NCBI GenBank assembly: GCA_037447605.1 | Contig: CM074810.1 | Span: 1,894,880 to 1,958,879, forward strand | DNA: 64,000 nucleotides | Direction of reading: 5' to 3' | DNA from: Zygnema circumcarinatum SAG 698-1b | Taxonomy: Eukaryota; Plantae; Zygnematophyceae | Shown here: positions 60,058 to 64,000 of the stretch, in pieces | How the letters are laid out: every line of letters starts with the position of its first letter | Position numbering within the stretch: position 1 is the first letter of the stretch | Made by a program: the position numbers and the translations under genes | The notes under the pieces: model-generated | What the model was told of the DNA's origin: nothing | Databases searched by the model: none | Seen by the model: only the letters and a program-made list of their open reading frames with translations

Positions 60058-63000
60058 TCAGCCCTTGCATTGGCGGTAGCCCCTAAGCTCAATCCGGCAT
60101 ATTGGGCACAGCTTTCTCGCCTCCAAGTTGGCTATGGCACAATCGAGGCAGAAGCTATGTTCACAAGGGTCATAGAAAGTGTCCTTTTCCCGGTCCAAAC
60201 AAATTATGCACAAGTTTTCGTCGTCGTCGTCGTCGTTTTCATCATCATCTGCTGCCATATGTACACCTGTCTGGTAGGGAGCAGCTTCCCTCACCAGACC
60301 TGAGGGGGGACCGCCTCCCCATCCCACGCCCTTACCACCTCCCTTCTTGTTCCTGTAGCTTGAAGGGAATAGACTTGGAGTCCCAGCACTGCCATGACTT
60401 TTACTGCTCCCTCGGTTCCCACTTCCTGTCGGACCCACGCTCCAATAGCTGAAGTCTGATTCGGCCATCCCTAGCTGCCGAAGGACTCCTTCCGACACAA
60501 TCGGCTGAGGGACCTCCCGCGAGAACCCCTGCAACAGGTCCTGCTTTGGCGGATTCCTAGTAAGTCTCACATCATGAGGGTACCCTCCTGTTTGTATGGG
60601 GCTCCTTCTGTCTCCCCAAGGAGCTGGAAGGCGATGCTGGAATGTGGAGGATGCAGGAATACTGGATTGACCGTTGTGAGTACGTTGATCTCTATAGGGT
60701 TCTGCTTCGACATAAGGCGTAGTAACAGTAGAAAGAAATGTATTAGGGTTTTGCTGCGACACGTCCAGTCCATCTCTTCTTCCAAACTCGCTATTTGCAC
60801 GTCCGGTTGCAGCAATTCCATTGGAGAAAAGGGAAGTAGGCTGGGCTCGACCTGTTCCTGGACCAAGCAAGCCCAGTTGTCCAGAAGGATCCGGGACTTG
60901 AGCCCCTGCCGGTCTGAAAGATGAACTCGGGCCAACTCCAGAAACTGTGAAAGTATTGCAATTGCCAGTATTGGAGTTAACCCCACCTACTCCTGAAAAC
61001 GAGGAAATTATTCCTTCCCCACTCTCTCCTGCTCGAATTGGAACTGCAGCCCCTCCATTCACAATGACCTTCCTCGGCACTTTCCCTCCAGTAGAATTTA
61101 AAGGTACAGCCAGGACGGCAGGCATGGCAGCAGAGTCTCCCCGAGTATCGCTAGCTGTAGAATTTTCCCGTTGCATACTCCTACCTTTAATCCAATTATC
61201 CCCCTTTATATCGGTCTCCGTATGATGAATGCAATCTCCTCCATTGGCAAGAACATGAGAAGAATTAGTCTGCCCGCCAATTGCGAATCCACCCTCAGCT
61301 TCAACAGATAAAGCGCCGCTGCCTTCTGCAGAACAAGACATTGAAGGCAGGCTCAGCACGCCCACTTTTTGGCCACCTAATTGCAGCGCCCTCTCTCTCA
61401 CTTCAGCTTTCTCCTGGGTACCCGACTTCTCCGCAATACCTTGAGCGCAGCTTATACTGTGTCGATCATCTGAGACAATCTTGCTACTTTCAAGATCTCT
61501 TAACGCAAGTTGTGGTTTCATTTCCTCAAAATTATGCCTTTGTTTAGCACCACTTTTCCCTCCCTTTCGGCCCTTTCCTTTCCCTGTTTCTACTTGCTTC
61601 ATTTGTAGGGTTTGTGTTTCCGTATCCCCTCCTTCACCATGCTCCAACTTTATAGAGACACCCCCGTCTAACAAGCTTGCTCTCCTGTCGTTTGCAAGAT
61701 TTCCCACCTCATTTTTCATGTCTACATTGTCCTGTTCTGCATATGGCATGCTCACATCCGTACTTGAACTAACACAAGCATCCACCACGTCCTCCCCATT
61801 TCTGGATTTGCTTTCAGCATTTAGCCAAAGTTTGGATCCCTGGTTCATATCTTCAGTGCAAGAAAGATGTCTCCTCCGCATTTTTCCTACACCCAGTGTC
61901 AATGTAAACTCAACACCATATCCGGCATCTTCATCTGATGCTCTGATAGTTTGTGGAACCTCCTTGCAAATTGTTGCTGCTGTTGCTGTTGGAATTTGAA
62001 TTTCTGCAAAACCCTTAGCGGCTTTAGCTGCATCTGTGGGTGACAAAGTATCAGAAGATACAGGCATAGCCTTTTTCGCTTTGAGCTTTTGCTCTTTTTT
62101 CTTCAGTGCCCTTATGAGACAGTGGCGAACGGCAGAGCTTGCTTTCTTATTTTCTGCAGATTCCAGCTCTTGTCGCATGCGCTGAATATCCCCCGAGGCC
62201 TGCCATCCAGAAGTTGACCAACCAAGTTGAGAGTTTCAAAAGCTTGAAAGGTTTCGGCAACTCAAGTCCCACATGTCACACAATTGTTCTTCATGCTTAA
62301 GATTTTCATAGTTTTGGAAGGTCCAAACAGGATACATAATGCCGAACTGGCAGTGAGATTATTAGACACTGCTCCTTGATTCCTGCTGTCTCAAGTTCAG
62401 ATTCAGAAAAGGTACTACAGCATAGTTATGACATGATTTTTCTTCACTAGTGTTGATTTCCTTGACATATACAAGCATCGATAATTAAGGATTTGACAAA
62501 CTACCAAACCTTGAAGCAATTAAAAAGCTGTACCTGAGCTTCTTTTAAAGTTGCATTCGCTCGTGCCACGACCTCTTCCAGCTGCACGAGCTCTTCTCCA
62601 ATATTGTGCCAGCTGCTTCCTTTACTCCCTCTATCTCGTCCACTACCATTTCGTCCAACTTCATCATCAGATTCATCAGTAAATCTCGGTCTTTCCTCTC
62701 GAAGGCGGTCCTCGCCCGCACAAACATGGGAAGGCCTCTCAGAGAGGGGAGGAATAGGAGGTCCATATGATGAGGATGGAACGCTCTGTGAGGGACTTTG
62801 ACATGGATTTGATGTTGATGTTGAGCCATTCAACGGAGCCATGGAGCTTGCATGAGAGAATGCAGAAGATGCAGAGGCAGGATGTGGGCCTATAGGCTTT
62901 AACGAGCCCATATTTTCCGCGATTACTTCTGATTGAGAGCCTGTACAGGCATACCCCCATAAAGAAATATAAGGAGTCAATATACTAGACAAATTTCGTC

Positions 63001-63780
63001 CAGAAAATAAACAATACTGGAAGATTTTTCGGTAAGAAAATGAGATTCAAGTAAAACTCAATCCCAATAGAGCACCTGCGCTGTAGCTGGCTCCGGCCGT
63101 AGTGGTGGTGGAGGCAGGAGTGGAGCAGTTAGTGGATGAAACAGCGGATGAGGCCTCTCCGTCGTCTCCGAACAGCTTCTTTTCTACCTCTGTCTGAACT
63201 TCTCGCACAACCTGCAAACCTCATTTGACTCAGTACCACAGATCAGAAGAAACATTTTTCACGCTTTCAAGTATTTTCTCTCGCTCTGCTCTTTCTTCCT
63301 CCCTTTCTTTTCCCCCTTCCCCCCCTCGGCCCCCTCCCTCTCTCTCTCCCCGTCTCGGTCGCTCTCTCTCTCTGCCTGACCGATCTGAAAGATGGATGAT
63401 ATCGACATGCAGTATGAAAGTTCCCACATTAAGTAAACATAACACGTGATCCCAACTTCAACAGCATGTAAATGGCATCGTCGGCCTAAGATGCAATTGC
63501 AACTCTACGACATTGTTGCCCTAGTGGCTTGAGCACAGAAATCCGTTGCCTGGTCTGTTATCCACATTCAAGTCCATACATCATCTACAAGGCAAGTAAG
63601 ATTTACCTTTTTATTGGCTTTATCTCGGTAAAGTCGAAGTGCATCTACCATTTTGGCTAAGTCTCTAGTTTCAAGCACCTTCTGCAGAGCTGCAGTGGCA
63701 CTTTTTTGAGCTGGAGTCTCATCTTTCCCCCCTTTTAAGGCACCTGAGTCCTTAAAATCAGCCTGCCCTTTCCGTTTCTC
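60058..63780 (-). CDS. large protein with C-terminal C3HC4 RING finger (putative E3 ligase); 5'-partial
   Basis: Phase-consistent exons 63780-63607, 63211-63076, 62940-62534 and 62199-60058. C-terminus CIICLDREKDTFYDPCEHSFCLDCAIANLEARKLCPICR; the remainder is largely low-complexity or helical. Confidence 0.8.
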
Positions 63781-64000
63781 CTGCATGTTCACCGTTGCGC
63801 ATTTTCCCAAGTGTTCATGTGCATATTACGTTAAGATGCATGTTCCAAACTCTGTTTGATGGACCGAGCACAATGGATGGTGTTACGGATCGCATGCATC
63901 CCGCTCTGACCTAAACAGTAAGGATGGGAATGGAGAAGAAAAAGCAAGAGAGGAGACATGGAGAAAGACTAAAGAAGGCGAGATACCAACTGGCGGGAGG

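Overview
Eukaryotic nuclear DNA with spliceosomal GT-AG introns, TTTAGGG-type telomeric motifs and very GA/CT-rich introns. The plant-type gene set (GT37 fucosyltransferase, GT43, EXORDIUM/PHI-1, LHC-like SEP) in compact models suggests a streptophyte, probably a charophyte alga; this is inference. About 13 genes can be rebuilt by hand from splice sites: PIN4, RPB5, GT37, GT43, a DUF2232 membrane protein, an SEP-type LHC-like protein, EXORDIUM-like, Mpv17/PMP22, a two-RRM protein, CSN1, a RING-finger protein (5' end outside the window) and two unidentified coiled-coil proteins. Mobile DNA comprises an apparently intact pogo-family transposon at the left edge (DD48D transposase, right TIR plus TA), a related 447-bp MITE 48 kb away, a 938-bp foldback element with an 8-bp TSD, and a head-to-tail pair of 279-bp MITEs separated by AAT target duplications. 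A 2.25-kb near-identical duplication spans an N gap and is probably an assembly artefact. I found no CRISPR array, rRNA or tRNA, and no clearly new biological system. The best leads are the transposon/MITE relationships, expanded telomere-variant arrays at gene 5' ends, and neighbouring cell-wall genes. Most short ORFs in the track are microsatellite noise.
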